Shown one piece after another: positions 42,633 to 49,915 of a stretch of DNA of 52,142 nt. The DNA is taken from NCBI GenBank assembly GCA_964386425.1, contig CAYLQO010000003.1:1-52142 (forward strand), read 5' to 3'. Numbering within the stretch: the stretch's first letter is position 1; every line of letters starts with the position of its first letter. A program made the position numbers and the translations under genes. Origin of the DNA: an uncultured Gammaproteobacteria bacterium (GTDB taxonomy: Bacteria; Patescibacteriota; Patescibacteriia; UBA1558; S5-K13). The notes beneath the pieces are model-generated. The model was not told the DNA's origin, made no database searches, and was given only the letters and a program-made list of their open reading frames with translations.

Positions 42633-43886
42633 TTATTCGTATCGTAGTGCTTCAATTGGATCAAGTTTAGAGGCTTTTTTAGCTGGGTATAGTCCAAAAA
42701 TTATTCCTATGGAACTTGAAACTAATATACCAGCTATTATTGAAAATATTGAAACATGAAATCCCCAATTATAATCAAGCGCTTGTGCTACTACGCTCAC
42801 AAGCAGAGAAACAAGCACCCCAAATATTATTCCTATAATTCCACCAGAGAGAGTTATTATTGTTGATTCTATTAAAAATTGTACTAAAACATTATTATTT
42901 TTTGCACCAATTGCTTTTCTAAGACCTATTTCATTTGTTCGCTCTGTAACATTTACAAGCATTATATTCATAATTCCAATCCCACCTACAACAAGAGAAA
43001 TTGCTGCCATTGCAGCTAGAAAAAATTTTAAAGCATTCGTAACTGTTTCAACAGCTTCGAGTGCCTCTGCCGGACTTCTGACAGTGAAGTCATCATCTTT
43101 TCCCGAACTATCTCTTATATCATGTCTTTCTCGAAGAGTCATTTCAGCATCTTTCATTGCAAGAGGAACATTTTCTTCACTATTAACCTTGGCTCTTATA
43201 ATTCCTACAGCATCTGAAGAGACAATTAATTTTTGCATTGTTTTTATGGGAATAAAAATTTTATCATCATAATTTTGAAAAGCAACGGTTCCTTTTTCCT
43301 CCAGTATTCCTATCACCTCAAAAACTTGTTTTTTAATTTTTATCTTTTGTCCTATGGCATCAGAATTACCAAATAAATCTTCCTTTGCCTGACTTCCTAG
43401 AACTGCTACTTTTGCTAAATTACTTTCTTCATCAACTGTAAAAAATCTTCCATTTTCTACATTAAAGTTATTCATTGTTAAATGACCCACATTTGTTCCT
43501 GTTATGTCAAAGCTAGAGCTATGAGAACCCCAAGAAACATTTGCATTTGTATTTGAGTACGCTGCAACATTTGTTATATACTGGGAATTTTTTTTCTCAA
43601 GAAGCGCTTTTGCGTCTTCGTAGGTTAGAGTTGTTATAACTATTCCCATAACAGAGGCTGGTGGTCCATTTTCTTCTGATTTGCCAGGCATGATACTGAT
43701 TGTGTCAGTACCAAGTGTTTTAATTTCAGAAAGAATTAAATCTTGTGCACCACTTCCTATTGAAGTAATAATAATAACAGCGGAAACACCAATAATAATT
43801 CCAAGCATAGTTAAAAAACTCCTGGTCTTATTACTTAGAAGGGAGTTTAGAGCAAGTCTTGCACATTGTTTGATGAAATCAAGCAT
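42633..43886 (-). CDS. MacB/FtsX-type ABC permease (first of two)
   Basis: N-terminal TM, periplasmic MacB-PCD-like region, and FtsX motif GIGIMNIMLVNVTERTNEIGLRKAIGAK. Confidence 0.85.
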   Translation of the reverse strand: MLDFIKQCARLALNSLLSNKTRSFLTMLGIIIGVSAVIIITSIGSGAQDLILSEIKTLGTDTISIMPGKSEENGPPASVMGIVITTLTYEDAKALLEKKNSQYITNVAAYSNTNANVSWGSHSSSFDITGTNVGHLTMNNFNVENGRFFTVDEESNLAKVAVLGSQAKEDLFGNSDAIGQKIKIKKQVFEVIGILEEKGTVAFQNYDDKIFIPIKTMQKLIVSSDAVGIIRAKVNSEENVPLAMKDAEMTLRERHDIRDSSGKDDDFTVRSPAEALEAVETVTNALKFFLAAMAAISLVVGGIGIMNIMLVNVTERTNEIGLRKAIGAKNNNVLVQFLIESTIITLSGGIIGIIFGVLVSLLVSVVAQALDYNWGFHVSIFSIIAGILVSSSIGIIFGLYPAKKASKLDPIEALRYE

Positions 43887-43889
43887 AAA

Positions 43890-44603
43890 TTATTTTATTC
43901 CGTCTTCATTTTTTGCTACACGTCTTTTCTCAACTTTATAATCCTCAGTTATAAGCCCATCTACTATTTTTATAATTCTATCAGCGTGTTCAGCAGTATA
44001 AGTTTCATGAGTTACAAGAATTATTGTGTGTCCTTTATCATTTAATTCTTGTAATATCTCCATTATTTGTTTTCCTGATTTTGAGTCCAAATTTCCAGTT
44101 GGTTCATCAGCAAATATTACATCAGGATTATTAACTAGAGCACGAGCAATAGCTACTCTTTGTTTTTCTCCACCGGAAATTTGATTTGTGAAGTGGTGAA
44201 TTCTATGAGAAAGTCCTACGCTTTCAAGTACTTGCTTTGCTTTTTCACTATGGTTAGTTTTATCGCTCGAATAAATAAGGGGAAGTATTACGTTATCAAT
44301 TACTTGTGTTTTTGGGAGTAAATGAAATGCTTGAAAAACAAATCCTATTTTTTTGTTTCTTAAATTTGCGAGTTCATCATCATTAAGTTTTGATACGTCT
44401 TGGTCTTCAAATAAATAAGTTCCAGTTGTTGGTCTGTCTAAAAGTCCTAAAATATGCATGAGTGTTGATTTTCCACTTCCTGATGGACCCATAATAGAAA
44501 CAAATTCACCATGCGCTATATTAAAAGATAGTCCATGCAATATTTCAGTGGCTATCTCATCATTGCAATATTCTTTTGTTATGTTTTTTAATTGTATAAG
44601 CAT
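43890..44603 (-). CDS. ABC transporter ATP-binding protein (MacB/LolD type)
   Basis: Walker [10 protein letters not shown], signature [15 protein letters not shown], and Walker [13 protein letters not shown]. Confidence 0.95.
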   Translation of the reverse strand: MLIQLKNITKEYCNDEIATEILHGLSFNIAHGEFVSIMGPSGSGKSTLMHILGLLDRPTTGTYLFEDQDVSKLNDDELANLRNKKIGFVFQAFHLLPKTQVIDNVILPLIYSSDKTNHSEKAKQVLESVGLSHRIHHFTNQISGGEKQRVAIARALVNNPDVIFADEPTGNLDSKSGKQIMEILQELNDKGHTIILVTHETYTAEHADRIIKIVDGLITEDYKVEKRRVAKNEDGIK

Positions 44604-46288
44604 TATTTTTTTACAGTTGTTGAGGTTATTATTTCTTGTCCTTCAGATAGACCAGATAATATTTCAACCATTCCATCATCCCCATAAATTCCTGTTTTTA
44701 CAGAAATTTCTTTTACTTGTTTATTTTCTAGTATTTTAACAAATTTTCCATCTCCATTTTTTTCTACAATAGCACGGGATGGAATAACCAAAACATTTGC
44801 CTTATCTTTAGTTGTAATTATTACATTTGCTGTCATTCCTGGTTTTATATTTTCCATTAATTCTTCTGGAATATCAAAAGCTATTTTTATTTTATAATAA
44901 ATTACATCTTGAATAATTGTTTCAGCTGGATCTATATTGTATACTTTTCCATATAATTTTTCTTCAGATGATAGAGCATCGAGAGTTATTTCTGCTGGGT
45001 CATCAATTTTTACTTTTGTGATATCTGACTCAGAAATATCAACCTCAATTTCTAATTTATTTTCTGATAACATTTTAACAACTGATTTTGTGGCCATAAC
45101 TTGTTCTCCTTTTTTGTATGCTACATCAGTTATAATTCCATCAATAGGTGCTCTTATTATGCTTTTTTCAATTTGATTTTGTATTGACTCTAGACTTGCC
45201 TCAGCTTGCCTTACTTGGGCTTGATATAGAGTAATGTCTTGGACTCTTGCAGGAGCTTTTAATTCTTCAAATTGTGCTTTTGCAAGTTGTAGGGCACTAT
45301 AATATGAATCTACTTTTGATTGAGCCACTGCTATCAATTGACTTCCTGATATTGTTGTCCCGTTATTATTTAGTTCTGTATTATTTAAAGTATCAAGTGC
45401 TGTCTGAATAGAGGATAAAGATGTTGATATTGCTGTTTGCTGTGTACTAATGATGGATTTATATGCATCAAGTTCAGTTTGTGTAAATTGATATGAAACA
45501 ATTGAGTATTCAAGTGTCTGATAACAACTCGTAAGAGTATTAAATGTTAAATTTAGTGAATTTATTGTTTGGTTTAATGCTGATCTTATATCAGTTCTGT
45601 TTTTTGTGTTTTTAGCTGTATTTATAGATGATTTAGTATTTAATATAGAAATTTTTGCATCATTATAAGAATTTTTTGTTTTATTTAATGAGTTTATATT
45701 TGATGCGCCTAATAGATATTGAGCGTCACTATCATTTAAAATTGTATTTACATTATCAATTGCTATTTGAGCTTTTGAAATATTTGTGTCCATTGAAATA
45801 AGAGCATCTGTTTCTGCTTGTTTTGAACTATTAATTACACTTACTCTAACTTCATTTAATTCATTCAATGCTGATTCATATTCTTTTTGTGTTTTATCTA
45901 CGCTTGTTTGTTTGGTATTTATTTCATATTGCGTTGCTCCATATGTTAGTTTGCTAAGATTTGCTTTTGCAATATCTAGGCTCGCATTAGCATTTTTTGC
46001 ATTAATTGCTAAATCTCTATAATCTAGTTCTGCTAAAATTTGATTTTCTTTTACTTTATCGCCATTTTTTACAAGAATTTTTGATATTTTTCCTAGATTT
46101 TGAAAATTTAGCTCTATCTCATCGGCTGATTTAATGGTTCCTGTTTCACTTACAGTTTGTTTAAGGTCTTTTTTTTGTACTTTTTCAGTATTATAAGTAG
46201 TGTCCGATTTTTTAAAAATGATGCTAGATACTATTATAAGTATAATAATAGAGGACGCTATAATTACTATTTTCTTCTTTTTTGTCAT
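44603..46288 (-). CDS. HlyD/MacA-family periplasmic adaptor (long coiled-coil)
   Basis: N-terminal TM, lipoyl-like GDKVKENQILAELD, a very long S/T/N/Q-rich helical hairpin, and a C-terminal beta-barrel. The stop overlaps the ABC start (TAATG). Confidence 0.8.
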   Translation of the reverse strand: MTKKKKIVIIASSIIILIIVSSIIFKKSDTTYNTEKVQKKDLKQTVSETGTIKSADEIELNFQNLGKISKILVKNGDKVKENQILAELDYRDLAINAKNANASLDIAKANLSKLTYGATQYEINTKQTSVDKTQKEYESALNELNEVRVSVINSSKQAETDALISMDTNISKAQIAIDNVNTILNDSDAQYLLGASNINSLNKTKNSYNDAKISILNTKSSINTAKNTKNRTDIRSALNQTINSLNLTFNTLTSCYQTLEYSIVSYQFTQTELDAYKSIISTQQTAISTSLSSIQTALDTLNNTELNNNGTTISGSQLIAVAQSKVDSYYSALQLAKAQFEELKAPARVQDITLYQAQVRQAEASLESIQNQIEKSIIRAPIDGIITDVAYKKGEQVMATKSVVKMLSENKLEIEVDISESDITKVKIDDPAEITLDALSSEEKLYGKVYNIDPAETIIQDVIYYKIKIAFDIPEELMENIKPGMTANVIITTKDKANVLVIPSRAIVEKNGDGKFVKILENKQVKEISVKTGIYGDDGMVEILSGLSEGQEIITSTTVKK

Positions 46289-46334
46289 ATGATTTATTTA
46301 ATATTTTATTGTTTTATTAATTATATCAATTTTA

Positions 46335-46793
46335 TTAATTTTTTGATAGATTCTTTGTTTTGATAATTTTTTCTATTATTTTAGAATTTAATTTGCAAAA
46401 AATTGATAATTCTTTATCTGTTAGACCATCAAATAACGAATACAGATTTTTTAATAATTTGGCTTCTATATAATTTATATGTTTTTTTGTATCTTTGGAA
46501 AGTTTTATTTTTACGTTTCTTCTATCAGAAGAGGAGACCCTCCTATTTATATATTTATTTTTTACTAAATTGTTTATAATTTGTGTGGTGGCGCTACTTG
46601 TTATTCCCAGTATTTTTGAAATCTCTTTTATTCCTATATTTTCTTCATTTTTTATAAGTTCTAAGACAATAAATTGAGCGTTTGTTATTGGTTTATTTTT
46701 ACAATAACATAGTGGTTCATTATTCAATATTCGTCTTATTTTATGCATGTTTTCTAATATTTCTTTGATTTGTTTTTTTCTGTTATTTTTCAT
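46335..46793 (-). CDS. MarR-family transcriptional regulator
   Basis: Winged-HTH ITNAQFIVLELIKNEENIGIKEISKILGITSSATTQIINNLVKNKYINRRVSSSDRRNVKIKLS. Confidence 0.85.
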   Translation of the reverse strand: MKNNRKKQIKEILENMHKIRRILNNEPLCYCKNKPITNAQFIVLELIKNEENIGIKEISKILGITSSATTQIINNLVKNKYINRRVSSSDRRNVKIKLSKDTKKHINYIEAKLLKNLYSLFDGLTDKELSIFCKLNSKIIEKIIKTKNLSKN

Positions 46794-46902
46794 ATTAATA
46801 TTAATAATATTTAATCTACTTAATATTTTAGCACCTTAACTATTTTTAGTCAAATAAAAAATAAAGAGATGAGTCTCTCTTTATTTTTTATTTGGATTCT
46901 TT

Positions 46903-46979
46903 TGGCGGGATGGAAGGGACTCGAACCCTCGACCTCTTGCGTGACAGGCAAGCGTTCTAACCAACTGAACTACCACCCC
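46903..46979 (-). tRNA. tRNA-Asp (GTC), CCA encoded
   Basis: Reverse complement: GGGGTGGTAGTTCAGTTGGTTAGAACGCTTGCCTGTCACGCAAGAGGTCGAGGGTTCGAGTCCCTTCCATCCCGCCA. It has a 7-bp acceptor stem, a D-arm, anticodon loop CTGTCAC and a TTCGAGT T-loop. Confidence 0.9.
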
Positions 46980-47002
46980 AACAAAAGAATCCACGAGGAT
47001 TC

Positions 47003-47350
47003 TTATTTTTTAACTTGTTTTACTATTTTTTCAAATATATCTGGATTTTTTTCTGCTATTTCAGAAAGAATTTTTCTATCTAGTTCTATATTTGCCTTTT
47101 TTAACATATCTATAAACTTACTATAAGACAAATCATATTTTCTAAGTGCTGCATTGAGTTTTATTAGCCATAAAGATCTCATTGCTCCCTTTTTCTTTCT
47201 TCTATCATGAAGTGCATGTTGACCAGCCTTATGAATAGCGGTTTTTGCTGCTCTTATTGTAGATTTTCTTCTCCATTTATATCCTTTTGCTTTTTTTAGT
47301 ATATTTCTTCTTTTTTTAAGATGAATTACACCTCTTTTTACTCTTGGCAT
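47003..47350 (-). CDS. rplT: 50S ribosomal protein L20
   Basis: MPRVKRGVIHLKKRRNILKKAKGY... Confidence 0.95.
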   Translation of the reverse strand: MPRVKRGVIHLKKRRNILKKAKGYKWRRKSTIRAAKTAIHKAGQHALHDRRKKKGAMRSLWLIKLNAALRKYDLSYSKFIDMLKKANIELDRKILSEIAEKNPDIFEKIVKQVKK

Positions 47351-47391
47351 ATGATTATTCTTTAATTAAGCACTAAAACAATGCTTAAATA

Positions 47392-47577
47392 TTATAATTT
47401 ACTTATGTTTTTTAGATAAACCTTTGAAACTTTTATGTCTCTTCTCTTGTTTCTCTTTGCTTTTCCGGTTTCTCCTGCGTTAAAATGGTCCTGAGATTTA
47501 CTTCTTCTTATAACTTTTCCATTTTTTGTTACCCTTATCCTCTTGGATAATGTTTTATATGTTTTTAATTTTGGCAT
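47392..47577 (-). CDS. rpmI: 50S ribosomal protein L35
   Basis: MPKLKTYKTLSKRIRVTKNGKV.. Confidence 0.95.
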   Translation of the reverse strand: MPKLKTYKTLSKRIRVTKNGKVIRRSKSQDHFNAGETGKAKRNKRRDIKVSKVYLKNISKL

Positions 47578-47660
47578 ATATTTTAGTTATAAAGTACTAA
47601 GTTATAAAGTATCAAGTCATGCTATTTTCATAGCTTTTAGCTTTATAACTCTTAACTTTC
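47578..47660 (-). promoter_or_regulatory. infC-rpmI intercistronic leader with mutually exclusive pairings (candidate L20-responsive leader)
   Basis: In the transcript, one AGUUAUAAAG (47650-47641) can pair with either of two ACUUUAUAACU copies (47610-47600 or 47595-47585). A small GCUAU-GAAA-AUAGC hairpin lies between them. The distal copy ends 7 nt before the rpmI AUG. Confidence 0.35.
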
Positions 47661-48194
47661 TTATTTAGATTTTATTATCATTGATAGCTTTCCAGCCATA
47701 TAATTTAGGTCTTGTTCTACTACGATATTATCTATTATTTCAGACAAAAACTCATTTACCACATCTTTTGCCTTATTTACGTACTGTTTTTCTCTGCCTC
47801 TTAGCATCAATTCTATACGAACTTTATCTTTTTGGGCTAAAAATTTCTTTGCTTGCTTTCTTTTTACTTCCAAATCATGTTTTCCTATTGTTAAAGATAG
47901 TCTTATGCCCTTTATTTCAACCTTTTTGGGTTTATTAGTCTTCTGTTTTTTTGATATATTATATTGAAATTGTCCAAAATCTCCTATTTTGCATACTGGA
48001 GGGTTTGTATTTGGGGAAACTTCAATTAGATCAAATCCCATTTCTTGTGCTTTTGTAATAGCGGAATATGTATCCATTATTCCTAGTTTTTCTCCATCGG
48101 AACCTATTACAAATACCTTGTCTATCCTTATTTGGTTATTAATTCTGTATTTTTTAGAATTATTGGTATTTCTATTGTTAGAAAATTTGTTTAT
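47661..48194 (-). CDS. infC: Translation initiation factor IF-3, probably with a non-AUG start
   Basis: The track ORF (from ATG 48077) begins mid-N-domain (MDTYSAITKAQEMGFDLIEV). The frame stays open upstream to 48209. It encodes ..NKFSNNRNTNNSKKYRINNQIRIDKVFVIGSDGEKLGI, matching the conserved IF3 N-terminus (RIN..IR...V.vI...G..lG). Candidate starts are ATA 48194 or ATT 48143. Confidence 0.8.
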   Translation of the reverse strand: MNKFSNNRNTNNSKKYRINNQIRIDKVFVIGSDGEKLGIMDTYSAITKAQEMGFDLIEVSPNTNPPVCKIGDFGQFQYNISKKQKTNKPKKVEIKGIRLSLTIGKHDLEVKRKQAKKFLAQKDKVRIELMLRGREKQYVNKAKDVVNEFLSEIIDNIVVEQDLNYMAGKLSMIIKSK

Positions 48195-48255
48195 ATATTT
48201 CTTGGTTAATTATTAGGTCATATTCATTATATCAAAGATTTTAACTTTTTAATAA

Positions 48256-48646
48256 TGGTGGAGATGAGGGGACTTAAACCCCTGTCTGCCTAAGAATCCA
48301 TTCTTTATCTACAAGCTTATCTTATTTTGAAATTTCTATAAATAACTAGAAATAAGAAAAATATTATTTATATATTCCATTGGTTTTCATTATGACACAT
48401 GGAAATTGTCATAATATAACTCGAAAATATGACACCCTCGTAAACCCCCATCGAGTATGAAAGTAGAGGATGGCTTAATTTTTAAAAAAGATTAAGCAAT
48501 TGAAAAGTTGAAAGCTGGACCATTGAAGGCAACTTTAACTTTTTCTATAAATGATTTGACATTTATTGTTTAGCGTTTTTTACAAGTTTCGCAAAACTTG
48601 GCTTGCCAAAGAACAAATTTTTTATGCATCAAATTTATGCATCCCC
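48256..48646 (-). ncRNA. ssrA: tmRNA (ssrA)
   Basis: The 5' end GGGGATG pairs with the 3' end CATCTCC-A-CCA and includes the G3-U70 Ala identity pair. The T-arm is GGGGTTTAAGTCCCC. An internal tag frame ends ..GCC TTC AAT GGT CCA GCT TTC AAC TTT TCA ATT GCT TAA (AFNGPAFNFSIA*). smpB lies immediately upstream, and a TATAAT sits at 48660-48655. Confidence 0.85.
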
Positions 48647-48962
48647 ATAAAAAAATTATACAATTTTATCTGTATAATTTATAGGATTAGTATACAGCAA
48701 TTTTTTGTGTTTGTCAATTCTTTATAGATAAATATTTTATTAGATTATTTAAAAATAGAGGAGTGTCTTTTTAAGAAAAAAATGCAAAACCTATTTTTTA
48801 GGTATTAAGGTTTTTTATGTTTTTAAGAATTTTGAAGATAAGAATTTTGTAAATTTTTAGCTATTTTTAATTGAACACAAAATTTGTACAAAGTCTGTTT
48901 TTTAAAATTTTTGAAATTAATTTTTTTATATAGCCAATAATTTTTTATAAGAAAATATTTTT

Positions 48963-48987
48963 AAAAAATTCTGAAATATGTTCAGAA
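48963..48987 (-). terminator. Rho-independent terminator after smpB
   Basis: ttctgaa-catat-ttcagaa (minus-strand reading) followed by T6. Confidence 0.6.
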
Positions 48988-49015
48988 TGAAAATAGAAAA
49001 ATTTAAGTAAAAATT

Positions 49016-49474
49016 TTAAGTATGAAGTTTATAATTTTTTTGTAAATCTTTTTTGGTTTCTCTTTTTTTAATTGCTTCTCTTTTTTCAAATTTTTTCTTT
49101 CCGCGGACAACAACAACTTCAACTTTTATAAAATTATTTTTCGTATAAATTTTTTTAGGAATAGCAGTGTAAGATTTTTCTTTTAAAAGAGAATTTAATT
49201 TTTGAATTTCTTTTTTGTTTAGTAATAATTTTATTTCACGATTTATTTTATGCTTGATTAAATTTATATTAGATTTTTTGTAAATAGAAATTTTAAAGTT
49301 ATAAAGAAAAACCTCAAGATCTTTAGAAAATTTAACATATGAATCTTTCATATCGAAATTAGAATTTTTTATTGACTTAACCTCGTCTCCAAACAAAACT
49401 AAACCAGCATCAAATTTTTCTTTGATCTCATATTCATAGTCGACCTTTTTATTTACACTTATTAATTTTTCCAT
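49016..49474 (-). CDS. smpB: SsrA-binding protein
   Basis: N-terminus ..VNKKVDYEYEIKEKFDAGLVLFGDEVKSIK and basic C-tail RGKKKFEKREAIKKRETKKD. Confidence 0.9.
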   Translation of the reverse strand: MEKLISVNKKVDYEYEIKEKFDAGLVLFGDEVKSIKNSNFDMKDSYVKFSKDLEVFLYNFKISIYKKSNINLIKHKINREIKLLLNKKEIQKLNSLLKEKSYTAIPKKIYTKNNFIKVEVVVVRGKKKFEKREAIKKRETKKDLQKNYKLHT

Positions 49475-49733
49475 ATCACATTTTTGCTTATTTATAATTT
49501 CAGTATAGCTCTTTTAGGTAAAATTAGGAAGTTCAATTAGCACAAATTTGATTTAGAATTTTGCAATATCGGATCCCATATTTTTGGACTATTTTTGATC
49601 TAAATATGATCTGAAAGATCAACTAAAATTTGACTACTATACATATAAAATCTTTTAGGTTATAAAATATGTAATTTTTTATCAAAAAAACATATATTTT
49701 TGTATAAAATTATTTTTAGAACAGATAATTCAC

Positions 49734-49840
49734 CCGATATCACTTTAGCCTTTATTTAAGCCACAAAAATAATATATCGGATAAAAAAAATAATATATCG
49801 GATAATAACTATTGTATATATCGGATAAAGTCATTATAAT
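49734..49840 (+). promoter_or_regulatory. Triple direct repeat (AATA)ATATATCGGATAA plus one inverted half-site, overlapping a predicted sigma70-type promoter
   Basis: An identical 17-mer AATAATATATCGGATAA occurs at 49768-49784 and 49789-49805. A 13-mer ATATATCGGATAA occurs at 49816-49828. An inverted CCGATA occurs at 49734-49739. The predicted promoter is TTGTAT (49812-49817), a 17-nt spacer, then TATAAT (49835-49840). Confidence 0.45.
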
Positions 49841-49915
49841 TATATATATAATATAGAAGCTGAAAAACAATAAAATCAAAATAACAAAAATAAAATAGAA
49901 TATTAGCTTGTCAAT

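Noticed and set aside
42632-42697. Upstream starts offered by the ORF track: 42697 for the second FtsX permease, 7574 for the TolB-like gene, and 48077 for infC.
   Set aside because: The start at 42697 creates a 65-nt overlap with the preceding gene and the start at 7574 a 25-nt overlap, each adding non-hydrophobic leader residues ahead of an obvious signal-anchor. Internal ATGs at 42631 and 7640 abut or follow the upstream stop. For infC the opposite problem applies, because the ATG is too far downstream (see finding).
46796-46805. Perfect palindrome TTAATATTAA next to the marR start, as a MarR operator.
   Set aside because: Short pure-A/T palindromes are expected frequently by chance at this base composition. 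There is no second copy or flanking conserved half-sites that I can see.
41271-46979. Genomic island integrated at tRNA-Asp, comprising the MarR/efflux block.
   Set aside because: There is no integrase or other mobility gene. The only candidate far-end repeat (ggccgaatggaaat at ~41296 versus the tRNA 3' end tggcgggatggaagg) is a weak ~10/16 match. Composition does not visibly differ from the flanks.
46869-47126. Track ORF (85 aa, plus strand) between marR and rplT.
   Set aside because: It is a translation across the antisense of tRNA-Asp (46903-46979) and the 3' end of rplT, so it is not a gene.
49475-49915. Replication origin hypothesis. The 440-nt AT-rich spacer is divergent. The repeat's reverse complement, TTATCCGAT, resembles a DnaA box (TTATCCACA). 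Four GATC sites cluster at 49572-49620.
   Set aside because: The match to the DnaA-box consensus is only 6 of 9 positions. No dnaA, dnaN or gidA lies nearby. Gene orientation further left (14.7-41.3 kb on the plus strand) would be head-on to a fork leaving this site. An operator/promoter reading explains the repeats better. A genome-wide GC-skew plot would settle it.
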